DNA of 64,000 bases from positions 1 through 64,000 of IMG/VR virus record IMGVR_UViG_3300012667_000440; one strand, written 5' to 3'. Positions 38,535 to 48,059 of the stretch are shown piece by piece. The notes beneath the pieces are model-generated. The model did no database searches. It worked only from the letters and a program-made list of their open reading frames with translations, and was not told the DNA's origin. The stretch is from a virus. Its lineage: Duplodnaviria > Caudoviricetes. The stretch's first letter is position 1, and the number at the start of each line of letters is the position of its first letter. The position numbers were made by a program, and so were the translations under genes.

Positions 38535-41500
38535 TTATGCTTTACTTTTCATTAATATATCTAATGGGCTATTTTGCAGAGAGCTAACACTACCAAATTT
38601 ATTAACAACTGACATTGCATTGCTTGCAATATTTGGTAAACTACTCGAAACTTTTGAACTAATATTATTTAATGAAGCTTCAACACTCAGTGCTTGCCCT
38701 GTAATTGATCCCAATCCTGACTGAACTGTTGATAACTTACCAGTTAATGCAGAAAGATCAGCACCTAATGTTTCTCCAAGTTTAAACGTAGATGCAGATT
38801 TAAGAAGATCTGCAACTCCAGGAATTGTAGATGCCCCAGGTATATTCTTAAGTGAACCACCTTGATCTAATATTGCCTTGATATCTTTTAAACTCACTTC
38901 TGCAAAAGGAGCAGTTGCAACAGGTTGACTTATCGGCAGATTTTTCAATGCATCAAGAGGAACATTATTTAAAATTAATCCTTTAGAAATACTTGCCGAC
39001 AAATCTACACCGGTAGGAATATCTTTGGCCGCTGCTGTCATCTTGTCGACAAAATTAGATTGCAGATTTGCACTAAGTCCAGTTAATTTAGAAGTATCTA
39101 CTCCTAGCTGATTAGCAAGCGTAGCCGCCGGACTTCCTTTTAATAAATCAATTTTAGAAGATACAGAAGACACTAGACCCGATGCTTGAGATCCTAGATT
39201 TTTAACTGCCGATAATGCATTAGTACCTATCTCAGAAATTGACGACTGTCCTGCGGCCAATGCAGTATCGGCAAGAGTTTTAACATTTGCCGACGATATT
39301 CCAGCAGATTGTGCAACAGTGGCTAAAGAGTTAATCGATGCACCCGCCGAATTAATATTTGTTGTTAATCCAGATAATCCAGAACTGGCTAAACGTAGTG
39401 CAGTGCTTGCACCAGCGAGACCTTGTAATGCTGACCCTGATCCACCTGATACTGTATTGAATAATGTACCAACTGTTGTTACACCAGCAGTTACACCAGC
39501 AAGTGTTCCTCCAACTGTTGATGCAAGTTTAGACAACGAACCAGGTAATCCAGTTGACGGCAATGCACCATTTGCTAAAGAATAAAGTAAACTATCGCCA
39601 GCTTTGCGAACAGTGTTAGCAGGTGTTGGAGGAAAAGCAGTCGGTGCTTGCGATTCATTTTCTGTAGAATCAATAAGTGCTGAACGCTTGCCAACTTGTG
39701 CAGTAGTATCAATATTTACTTGGCCAGGTATTCTTACCAAACTTAGTTTTTGTGTAAAGACACCATCGACAAATGTATGAGTAACAGTCAATAGTCTAAA
39801 TGCTCCACTGTAAGGAGTAACTTTATTATTAAAAATTGCTTCACCAGTTGTTTCACTAATATCTACAGGATTTTTAAAAATTATTACAACTATTACATCG
39901 CCAGATGTGTAAGGAGCTTCACCTTCACCAACTGTGCCGTCGATGTTAGTCGTAGGACGATAGTTTCCAATACCTCCTGTTACTAGATAGTAAGGATCTC
40001 CTATAATTTCAATTTCTGCCAAACATTGATCTACGTTGTCGAGAATTGCCTGATGCATGTTTCTTGCCAAATCATCATAAGGATCAGATTGTATACGCTG
40101 ACCAGCATTAGCAGTATTAGACACGTGAGTGCTTGACAATTTAGTGTTGGTCAAAACTTTCGCAACACCATTCGGAGAACTAGTTCTAGTATTAGCAGTT
40201 GATCCGCTAATAGATGTAGTGCTCGGAGCAGTGCTCTCAACTGACTCACTGGTAAGATAATATCCATCGGGCTTATTGCCCATTGCTTTAGGTATTGCTT
40301 GAAAAAATAAAGAATTAAATTTTAATTGAAAACTTTTTATATCTATATTACTGCCTGTATACAAATAGTTGTATGTTCGATTAGCAACTTGAATCAGCTT
40401 GCTTGTATCAATAGGACTATTTTGAGCCAACGGAATTCTAGAATAATGTATTTTGTAAGGAAGAATAATATATCTATAATGATAGAATGGTTTATTTGTC
40501 TTGTTATCAACAACCCCCTTATCTTCAACTTCGAGATTAACAATATAATAATCAACCATCCCGTATGGATCAACAATTTTAGTATCGGGATTACTAAGTT
40601 CTTTTAAAATGTTTTTTACATAATCGCTACTGAGAATAACAGATACAATGCATTCTTGCACTTTTGAATTTTCTGCAAATACAATATTTGCTCGGCTAGG
40701 ACTTGCTTTAGGAGTAGGTGCACCAGCTTGTCTAGCCAATCTTGCAGTTTCTGCATTACTTTCATTCTCCGAAGCTGGGGGATCAAATGCATAAATTGCA
40801 TTAGATTTAAGAAGCTCAACAACTTTAGAATCTGCAATTGTTTTGTTTTCCTCACCCTTTATAATTCCACTAGGACCAACTTTGGGAAATATTATTTCGT
40901 AAGAATCTGATTGGCTAGTTTGAGGCGATCCGCTTTCGGAACTAGTCTCTTTCTTTTTTGTATCGTTGAGTGATTTTTCAAAACTTTTTAAAATTTCACC
41001 AACTGTATTTCCAGTAACTGATACGTTGGCCAGCAAGGTCGATGGTTGTCCAAATCCTTTTTCATTAAAAGGAACTCCAGTGCACTTGTATTTTGCACCC
41101 ACTTCAGTTACATCAATATCAATCGAAGCAAATCCAAATATAAAATATCTTGTAGAATTTTCTACAATCTTTGCAGTCTCAGCAATTTCTTCTCCATCTG
41201 GATATCCCCAAAATTCCATCTTTAGAAGATACGGACATAATGTGTATTGCTCGTATCCAGCAGCAACTGCCGATACTTGCAACGCTTCAATAAAGCCGCT
41301 CATACTGTAAGGTTCCATTACATCAAATTCCATTGATGTAGCTACAGCAAGACTAGTTTTTTCATTAAATCCCATTATGGTTTCTATTCGAACATTATTG
41401 AGATAAAAATCAAATCGGCCGGGACTCTCTTTGTTAAATGCGTTTACTAATGCAGCGCCAGTTGCACTGTCCGAAGTATATGTTTTAGTCTTCTTAGCAA

Positions 41501-41780
41501 TAACATTTCCGCCCCGATCTTTAATATCTTCGGATTCAGATTTAGTAATTGTCGAGACATCAGACGATAACCCCTTAGTGCCTTTGCCACTAGATTTTGC
41601 AATTACAAAAAAGTTATTCGTGTCTCTATAAGAATCAGGATCAGTTAACGCTTCTCTGCGTAATGATGCAAGTGTAAAAACATAATTATAAGAACTGTAA
41701 GAATTTAAAGGGTTAGATTTATTGGATTTTACAATTGTAGGTTTCTTATTTTCTGTTTTAGAAGTAGTTGTATCTGCCAT
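38535..41780 (-). CDS. Baseplate hub protein (gp27/gpD-like) with low-complexity C-terminal extension
   Basis: EIIGDPYY and YSGAFRLLTVTHTFVDGVFTQKLSL, typical of hub C-termini; lies between gp53 and gp5. Confidence 0.65.
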   Translation of the reverse strand: MADTTTSKTENKKPTIVKSNKSNPLNSYSSYNYVFTLASLRREALTDPDSYRDTNNFFVIAKSSGKGTKGLSSDVSTITKSESEDIKDRGGNVIAKKTKTYTSDSATGAALVNAFNKESPGRFDFYLNNVRIETIMGFNEKTSLAVATSMEFDVMEPYSMSGFIEALQVSAVAAGYEQYTLCPYLLKMEFWGYPDGEEIAETAKIVENSTRYFIFGFASIDIDVTEVGAKYKCTGVPFNEKGFGQPSTLLANVSVTGNTVGEILKSFEKSLNDTKKKETSSESGSPQTSQSDSYEIIFPKVGPSGIIKGEENKTIADSKVVELLKSNAIYAFDPPASENESNAETARLARQAGAPTPKASPSRANIVFAENSKVQECIVSVILSSDYVKNILKELSNPDTKIVDPYGMVDYYIVNLEVEDKGVVDNKTNKPFYHYRYIILPYKIHYSRIPLAQNSPIDTSKLIQVANRTYNYLYTGSNIDIKSFQLKFNSLFFQAIPKAMGNKPDGYYLTSESVESTAPSTTSISGSTANTRTSSPNGVAKVLTNTKLSSTHVSNTANAGQRIQSDPYDDLARNMHQAILDNVDQCLAEIEIIGDPYYLVTGGIGNYRPTTNIDGTVGEGEAPYTSGDVIVVIIFKNPVDISETTGEAIFNNKVTPYSGAFRLLTVTHTFVDGVFTQKLSLVRIPGQVNIDTTAQVGKRSALIDSTENESQAPTAFPPTPANTVRKAGDSLLYSLANGALPSTGLPGSLSKLASTVGGTLAGVTAGVTTVGTLFNTVSGGSGSALQGLAGASTALRLASSGLSGLTTNINSAGASINSLATVAQSAGISSANVKTLADTALAAGQSSISEIGTNALSAVKNLGSQASGLVSSVSSKIDLLKGSPAATLANQLGVDTSKLTGLSANLQSNFVDKMTAAAKDIPTGVDLSASISKGLILNNVPLDALKNLPISQPVATAPFAEVSLKDIKAILDQGGSLKNIPGASTIPGVADLLKSASTFKLGETLGADLSALTGKLSTVQSGLGSITGQALSVEASLNNISSKVSSSLPNIASNAMSVVNKFGSVSSLQNSPLDILMKSKA

Positions 41781-41781
41781 T

Positions 41782-42084
41782 TCAGAATCCTAATGTATTT
41801 TTTAATGTAGATAGTTTAGGCAAATATATTGTCTGCCCTGCATATAAATCATATATAGGATCTTTAATCTTATCTTTATTTCTTACAGAGAATACCCACC
41901 AAAGATTAACATCCCCGTATAAATCATATGCTAATAAATCAGGACGAAATTCATACTGACTTGTTACTTCAAATTTAACATCATCAGTTTCTCCTGAGAT
42001 TTGTCTAAAATTAATAGTATCTAAATAAGATCCATTCAGTTGAGTAGAATAATAAGGACTAAGTTTTGAATATGATGATGACAT
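41782..42084 (-). CDS. Baseplate wedge protein gp53-like (LysM)
   Basis: RPDLLAYDLYGDVNLWWVF...N...DP...GQTIYLP. Confidence 0.85.
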   Translation of the reverse strand: MSSSYSKLSPYYSTQLNGSYLDTINFRQISGETDDVKFEVTSQYEFRPDLLAYDLYGDVNLWWVFSVRNKDKIKDPIYDLYAGQTIYLPKLSTLKNTLGF

Positions 42085-43004
42085 TATAGATACCCTTTAG
42101 ATCTTAAATCTGTGTTAAGCCAATTTTCAACAGTAAATTTCTGCATTTCGTTTCTACTGTAAATTGGAGTCAATGTTAAATTAAGTGTAGCCATAGTAGG
42201 TGCAGAAGATAGCGCCCTAGTAGTAAAATAATCAACACCATCCGGCAAATCTAATTTAAAAGCAGATAATGCAACAGGAACATTATTCATAATTGCATCA
42301 CCGTAGGCAAATAGACGGCATACAGGAGGAGGGCTACCTGCGTTTTCGTCATCGCCCCATCGCATTTTTGTCAATGCTCTTAACAGATGAATTATACTAA
42401 AATACATGTCGGCTTCGTATTCGTTCTGAACCGTGATCTTAGCAGTTAATGAAATTGTACCTACAGAACTATTCTTATAAAAATATTGTGTATAATTAGA
42501 ATGAGTTACAGGAACTGCACTGTAGTTGGCTGCATAATCTTGACTAATGCTCGGAGTGTAGGGGAAAATTATTCCTTGAGATTTATATAGTGAGTTGTTA
42601 GGACCTTTCGTATGTATGCCAGATACATAACTGATAGGAACTTTTAATCTAACTCTGTGATCTTTTCCGCCCTGAAATTTAGGAGTAGCAGGAGATTCTT
42701 TTTTTGGTTCTGCAGAAGGTTTATTGCTTCTAGTTACAACAGCATTTTCAGCAGCAGCAGATTCGAATGCGTTATCACTTTGGTCAGATACAGCAGACGG
42801 CGAAGGAGTTATATTTGTAGGGTCAGCATACTTTGCTGCGGTGGCTAAATCAGTCTTAGATGCATTTGTAGCCGATGTTGGAAGAGGAGGTAGATCTAAT
42901 CTTGCTCGAATAAAAGGGTCAGTAGGGTCTGCGCCGCCAAGCCGTGCTAACTGAGCATCAGTTAATCCAGCAGTTGCATTTGAGATTTCTTCGGGTGTGG
43001 CCAT
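42084..43004 (-). CDS. Tail-tube initiator / baseplate protein (gp48/gp54-like)
   Basis: IIFPYTPSI, GSPPPVCRLFAYG; first gene of the baseplate operon. Confidence 0.6.
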   Translation of the reverse strand: MATPEEISNATAGLTDAQLARLGGADPTDPFIRARLDLPPLPTSATNASKTDLATAAKYADPTNITPSPSAVSDQSDNAFESAAAENAVVTRSNKPSAEPKKESPATPKFQGGKDHRVRLKVPISYVSGIHTKGPNNSLYKSQGIIFPYTPSISQDYAANYSAVPVTHSNYTQYFYKNSSVGTISLTAKITVQNEYEADMYFSIIHLLRALTKMRWGDDENAGSPPPVCRLFAYGDAIMNNVPVALSAFKLDLPDGVDYFTTRALSSAPTMATLNLTLTPIYSRNEMQKFTVENWLNTDLRSKGYL

Positions 43005-43023
43005 AATTATTATTCCTATGCCG

Positions 43024-43040
43024 TATTTACCCTATAAATA
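43024..43040. promoter_or_regulatory. Back-to-back late promoter boxes
   Basis: Minus-strand TAAATA at 43024-43029 (baseplate operon) and plus-strand TATAAATA at 43033-43040 (sigma gene). Confidence 0.7.
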
Positions 43041-43058
43041 ATATACGCATATAATTGG

Positions 43059-43087
43059 TTGACCATTTATAACACTTTTGTTATAAT
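43059..43087 (+). promoter_or_regulatory. Sigma70-type promoter with extended -10, upstream of the late sigma gene
   Basis: TTGACC (43059-43064), 17 nt, TATAAT (43082-43087) with TGn. Confidence 0.8.
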
Positions 43088-43112
43088 AAGAAAAAAGGAT
43101 TATCCAGACCAA

Positions 43113-44027
43113 ATGACAATAACAATAACACCCACTGGCCGCAAAGTAAAATATCTAAACAATAGAGATTTATTAGCAGAAATTCATAAAAGTAAATGCA
43201 GTTTTAGCAGCTTTGCTAAACCAGAATATAGTCAACACGACATTATTCTAACAAGTTTAGACAAAATTAACATCAGAACAATCGCAGATGCCAAACGCAA
43301 CAAGGCAAAACGCTTAGGTTTAGAAGCATTTACCCAAGCAAGACTAGCAGGCGATAAGAAAATCAAACTATCAGAGTGCTTACCAGACTACACCACTGTT
43401 GAAAAAACAGATGTAGTTATTCGTATTATGACATTTGATCATATTCCCCTAGCACCGGGACGTAAGAAGACTACTAAAACAGTAGCTGATGCACACGAAA
43501 AAGTAAACTTTCCTCCTTTTCAACATTGGAAGTTTAACGAAGATGGAGAATTAGAGTGTGTAGGAAAGAGTCACTGGAAAGGAACAGTTGAAAAAGGTAA
43601 GTTTAGCAAGGATCACGGACGCATTACTGAGAACTTAGGCAAGATGTATATCAAACTAAGCGAGAGATACGCACAACGTAGCAACTGGCGCGGTTATACT
43701 TACATCGATGAAATGAAGGGACAGGCAATTTTACAGCTAAGTCAGATTGGATTACAGTTTGATGAGAGTAAATCAGAGAATCCGTTTGCTTATTATACTG
43801 CCGCAGTCACTAATTCGTTCACTAGAATACTGAATTTAGAAAAGAAAAGTCAAAATATTCGAGACGATTTACTAGAAGAAGCCGGACTAACTCCCAGTAT
43901 GACACGACAAAATAAAGCAGAATTTGCAGACGAAATTGCTAGACAAGCAGAAATATACAAGAATATGCGTATGCCCAAGAGCGAAGCTAGTGAGTTTGTA
44001 GACGAAGATGGAGAAGATAGTCTTTGA
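43113..44027 (+). CDS. Late-transcription sigma factor (T4 gp55-like)
   Basis: YLNNRDLL, NWRGYTYIDEM, FDESKSENPFAYYT...SFTRILNLEKK; upstream of gp47/gp46 as in T4. ATG 43113 preferred because TTG 43059 is the -35 box. Confidence 0.88.
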   Translation: MTITITPTGRKVKYLNNRDLLAEIHKSKCSFSSFAKPEYSQHDIILTSLDKINIRTIADAKRNKAKRLGLEAFTQARLAGDKKIKLSECLPDYTTVEKTDVVIRIMTFDHIPLAPGRKKTTKTVADAHEKVNFPPFQHWKFNEDGELECVGKSHWKGTVEKGKFSKDHGRITENLGKMYIKLSERYAQRSNWRGYTYIDEMKGQAILQLSQIGLQFDESKSENPFAYYTAAVTNSFTRILNLEKKSQNIRDDLLEEAGLTPSMTRQNKAEFADEIARQAEIYKNMRMPKSEASEFVDEDGEDSL

Positions 44028-44069
44028 TTTACCGAACAGCATTATGTTAAAGTTAATAGAGAGATAATA

Positions 44070-44798
44070 ATGAAACCATACGATCCAGAATTATATAAAA
44101 AGCCCTGTACAGTTTGCAATCACGAAACTTCAATATGGGGCGCTGTCGACTTTAACAAAAGCTGCGAAGAACAAAACGGAACTTACTTAGATTACTGCGG
44201 TGTCGCGATATACTACCTTAAATGCGAGCACTGCGGGCATCTGTTTAGCACAGATTTCGACGATTGGTCTAAGGAAGACTTCCAAGATAACATCTACAAC
44301 GACGATTATCTGTTAGTTGATCCAGAATATCAAGGTGCACGAAGCTTAAGAGATGTTGAGTGGTTTAGCAAAGCTATTGGCTACAATAAAAATATAGACA
44401 TTCTAGATTACGGTGCGGGCCCAGCAGTGTTTGGAACAGAGCTTGTTAAGCAAGGATACCGTGTAGACAGTTGGGATCCTATGTGGGACAAGCCGATTTC
44501 GTGGGCTTCAGACAAGAAGTTTGACATGATCACAGCGTTCGAAGTGCTAGAACACAGTCCGACTCCCAAAGAAACCTTAAAAGAAATGCTGCAATGGCTC
44601 AAACCAGGTGGTCAAATTCTTATCACTACGCTAGCTAATGACATTTTACAAGGTAAAAGAGATCCAACTTATTGGTATCTATCCCCAAGAAATGGTCATG
44701 TAGCCATGTTCTCGAACAAGAGTTTAGATGAACTCTTTGCATCCCAAGGGATGAAGGTGCAACACCTTGCGTGGAACACACACTTAGCAACTTATTAA
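44070..44798 (+). CDS. Class I SAM-dependent methyltransferase with N-terminal Cys (Zn) motifs
   Basis: CTVC...CEHC; ILDYGAG; FDMITAFEVLEH; LKPGG. Confidence 0.88.
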   Translation: MKPYDPELYKKPCTVCNHETSIWGAVDFNKSCEEQNGTYLDYCGVAIYYLKCEHCGHLFSTDFDDWSKEDFQDNIYNDDYLLVDPEYQGARSLRDVEWFSKAIGYNKNIDILDYGAGPAVFGTELVKQGYRVDSWDPMWDKPISWASDKKFDMITAFEVLEHSPTPKETLKEMLQWLKPGGQILITTLANDILQGKRDPTYWYLSPRNGHVAMFSNKSLDELFASQGMKVQHLAWNTHLATY

Positions 44799-44799
44799 T

Positions 44800-45813
44800 A
44801 TGCCACTATTCAAAAAAGTAGCCTGCTTTACAGATTTACATGTAGGCCTAAAAGGAAATAGCCAGGTTCATTTGCAAGATTGTGAAGATTTCGTCGACTG
44901 GTTTATTGCAGAAGCAAAGAACGCAGGATGCGAAACCGCAATCTTCTTAGGAGACTGGCATCACAATCGTAATTCTATCAATCTTATTACTTTAGATTCT
45001 AGTATTCGATGTTTGGAGAAGCTAGGAGCTGCATTTGAGCAGTTCTTTTGGTTCCCAGGTAATCACGATTTGTTCTATAAAGACAAGAGAGATATCCATA
45101 GTTCGTCATTTGGACGACACATTCCAGGTGTAACTGTAGTCGACGGTGTAACAACTTTAGATGATGTAACACTTGTACCATGGCTTGTCGGTGAAGAATG
45201 GAAGAATATCAGCAAATCTAAGAGCAAATACATGTTTGGTCACTTTGAATTGCCGTTATTCTATATGAATGCAATGGTTCAAATGCCCGATCACGGTGAG
45301 CTTCAAGCTACGCACTTCCAACATCAGGACTATGTGTTCAGCGGACACTTCCATAAACGGCAAAGTCAAGGTAAAATTCACTACATCGGTAATGCATTTC
45401 CGCATAACTTTGCAGATACATGGGACGATGATCGAGGTATGATGACATTAGAGTGGGGCGGGGAGCCAGAATTTATCAATTGGCCCGAGTGTCCTAAGTT
45501 CAGAACACTAAAACTTAGCAAACTAATTGATGAACAAGATACAATTATCAAAAGTAAAATGTATCTTAAAGTAAATCTCGATATTGATATTAGCTACGAA
45601 GAAGCAAACTTTCTAAAAGAAACCTTTATGGCTAACAAAAATATTAGAGAGATTAGTTTAATTCAAGAAAAGATTAGTTTAGACACAACTACAGACGACA
45701 CACCTGATGCAAGTTTTGAAAGTGTCGATCAAATTGTAACGGAGCAGCTGGTTTCAATTACCAGTGAGCAGTTTGATCAAAAAATGCTTCTCGAAATTTA
45801 CAACAACCTATAA
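44800..45813 (+). CDS. Recombination endonuclease subunit (gp47, Mre11/SbcD-like)
   Basis: Metallophosphoesterase motifs DLH, GDWHH, GNHD, GH, SGHFH. Confidence 0.92.
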   Translation: MPLFKKVACFTDLHVGLKGNSQVHLQDCEDFVDWFIAEAKNAGCETAIFLGDWHHNRNSINLITLDSSIRCLEKLGAAFEQFFWFPGNHDLFYKDKRDIHSSSFGRHIPGVTVVDGVTTLDDVTLVPWLVGEEWKNISKSKSKYMFGHFELPLFYMNAMVQMPDHGELQATHFQHQDYVFSGHFHKRQSQGKIHYIGNAFPHNFADTWDDDRGMMTLEWGGEPEFINWPECPKFRTLKLSKLIDEQDTIIKSKMYLKVNLDIDISYEEANFLKETFMANKNIREISLIQEKISLDTTTDDTPDASFESVDQIVTEQLVSITSEQFDQKMLLEIYNNL

Positions 45814-47597
45814 TGTTCAAGATAAAAAATATAACAGTAAAGAATTTTATGTCGGTTGGAAACCAGACACAGGCAGTAGACTTTGATAAAGAACATCTCA
45901 CATTGGTATTAGGTGCTAACTTAGACTTAGGCGGTGACGACACAGGATCCAGAAACGGAACAGGCAAGACTACAATCGTCAATGCACTAAGTTATGCACT
46001 CTACGGCCAGGCACTGACAAACATCAAAAAAGAGAACCTAATCAACAAAATTAATGGCAAAGCCATGCTGGTTACGGTGGAATTTGAGAAGAATAACGTC
46101 AAATATCGCATCGAAAGAGGCCGTAAGCCTAACATACTTAAACTCTATGTAAATGATCAAGAGCAGAAAGATGAGAAAGGTGAAGATGATGCGCAAGGCG
46201 ACAGTCGCGAAACTCAAAAGTTTATCGACACACTGTTGGGCATGAGTCATACAATGTTTAGACACTTGGTTGCACTGAACACTTACACCGAACCGTTCCT
46301 TAGTATGCGGGCTGCTGATCAACGAGAAGTCATTGAGCAGTTGCTCGGCATCACTTTGCTTTCAGAAAAGGCAGAAGCTCTGAAAATTTCTGCAAAAGAA
46401 ACTCGCGATGCTGTGCAAGTTGAGACATTAAAGATCGAAAGCATTAAGAAAGCCAACGACAATGTTCAAAAAAGTATCGATACATTGGTGCTGAGAAGCC
46501 GAGCATGGGACTCTAAGAAGGACTCCGACTTAGAAAATTTGGCCAATGCTATTATGAACTTGACTAATGTCGATATCGAGAACGAGTTAAAGTTGCATGT
46601 CGAGCTGAAAGAATGGTCTGCAAATAATATTCGCATTCAAAACTTAAATCGTCAACGTGCAACACTAGACACTGCGTTAGGACAAGCCGAAAAGACTGTT
46701 AAGAAGTATGAGCGTGAGCTTGCAAGTTTGTCATCTAAAATCTGTCACGCCTGTGAGCAAGAGCTACACGACCACAAGCACGGAGAAATGACAGCACTAG
46801 CTACTCAACATTTAGACGAAGCAACAAAATATTTTGAAAAAGTCAGCAGCGACTACGCAAAGATTGTTGAAGAGTTAGGCGTCGGTGATACTCCAAGAAA
46901 GCCGTTGACATTTTATGATACCGAAGCAGAAGCACTGGGTCATAAAAATAATTTAGAAAGCCTTGAGAAGAGTTTAGTTGCACGATCCGAAGAGTTGAAT
47001 CCATACGATGAACAGATTGAAGAGCTACGTAAGACTGCATTGCAAGAAATTTCTTGGGACGATGTTAACCAACTGGCTACATTGAGAGACCATCAAGAGT
47101 TTTTACTCAAGTTGTTGACCAATAAAGACAGTTTCATTCGTAAAAAGATCATTGATCAGAACTTGAGTTACTTGAACAAGCGACTCGGTTACTACATTGA
47201 CAAGTTAGGATTGCCGCACACTGTTATATTCCAAAATGATCTTACTGTAGAAATTACTCACTATGGTCAAGAACTCGACTTTGATAACTTGTCACGCGGT
47301 GAACGTAACCGTTTGATCTTGTCAATGAGCTTTGCATTCCGTGATGTTTGGGAGAACTTGTATCAGAGTATTAACTTATTGTTCATCGACGAGCTAATTG
47401 ATGCAGGAATGGACGCCGCAGGTGTAGAATCTGGGCTAGGAGTCCTAAAAAAGATGGCACGTGAACGTAATAAGAATATATACTTAATAAGTCACAAAGA
47501 AGAATTGATTGGACGTGTGAATAATGTTTTAAGAGTTGTAAAAGAAAACGGATTCACTTCTTACTCAAACGATGTAGACTTCGTAGAGCAACAATGA
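45813..47597 (+). CDS. Recombination ATPase subunit (gp46, Rad50/SbcC-like)
   Basis: KNFMSVG, Walker A NGTGKTT, zinc hook CHAC, signature LSRGE, Walker B FIDE, ISH. Confidence 0.94.
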   Translation: MFKIKNITVKNFMSVGNQTQAVDFDKEHLTLVLGANLDLGGDDTGSRNGTGKTTIVNALSYALYGQALTNIKKENLINKINGKAMLVTVEFEKNNVKYRIERGRKPNILKLYVNDQEQKDEKGEDDAQGDSRETQKFIDTLLGMSHTMFRHLVALNTYTEPFLSMRAADQREVIEQLLGITLLSEKAEALKISAKETRDAVQVETLKIESIKKANDNVQKSIDTLVLRSRAWDSKKDSDLENLANAIMNLTNVDIENELKLHVELKEWSANNIRIQNLNRQRATLDTALGQAEKTVKKYERELASLSSKICHACEQELHDHKHGEMTALATQHLDEATKYFEKVSSDYAKIVEELGVGDTPRKPLTFYDTEAEALGHKNNLESLEKSLVARSEELNPYDEQIEELRKTALQEISWDDVNQLATLRDHQEFLLKLLTNKDSFIRKKIIDQNLSYLNKRLGYYIDKLGLPHTVIFQNDLTVEITHYGQELDFDNLSRGERNRLILSMSFAFRDVWENLYQSINLLFIDELIDAGMDAAGVESGLGVLKKMARERNKNIYLISHKEELIGRVNNVLRVVKENGFTSYSNDVDFVEQQ

Positions 47598-47872
47598 TAA
47601 ACAAGTATGTAGAATTACACGAAAAACTTCTAAACCTTTTGTTTGAATATCACAATTATCACATTAGGTTTATGGAGAAACCAACTATGTATACTCAACA
47701 AGATGTTATTAAAACAATAATGAAGTTAGGTAAACTAGTTCGTGAAATTAAGAAGAATAACGTTGAGCTCCGTAAAGAAATGGATGCCAAAGTTAAAGAG
47801 AAAAAGAAAGAAGCTGCTGTTAAAAAAGAAGCTAAAAAATTAAGGAAACAACAAAATGTCAACAACAAATAG
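47594..47872 (+). CDS. Hypothetical Lys-rich helical protein
   Basis: 92 aa ORF coupled to gp46. Confidence 0.65.
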   Translation: MINKYVELHEKLLNLLFEYHNYHIRFMEKPTMYTQQDVIKTIMKLGKLVREIKKNNVELRKEMDAKVKEKKKEAAVKKEAKKLRKQQNVNNK

Positions 47873-48056
47873 TCAAATCACAGATGCCGTAACACAATAC
47901 ATGGCAGAAGATGCCAAGTTCACAGCGGGCAATGCAGCAGCAGGAACTCGCGCTCGTAAGGCATTGGCAGAGTTAAGCAAGCTAATCAAAGCTCGTCGTA
48001 ACGAAATTACTGAAGAAAAGAATTCTCGCGCTGAAGCTAAAAAGGCTGCGAAGTAA
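47856..48056 (+). CDS. Hc1/histone H1-like small DNA-binding protein
   Basis: KFTAGNAAAGTRARKALAEL resembles the GNKAAGTRARK core of bacterial Hc1-like proteins; AAGGA RBS. Confidence 0.72.
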   Translation: MSTTNSQITDAVTQYMAEDAKFTAGNAAAGTRARKALAELSKLIKARRNEITEEKNSRAEAKKAAK

Positions 48057-48059
48057 TCA

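Noticed and set aside
43059-43112. ORF-track TTG/GTG start extensions (also 8868, 4761, 50966)
   Set aside because: These upstream codons fall in promoter boxes or upstream of the SD; the downstream ATGs fit better.
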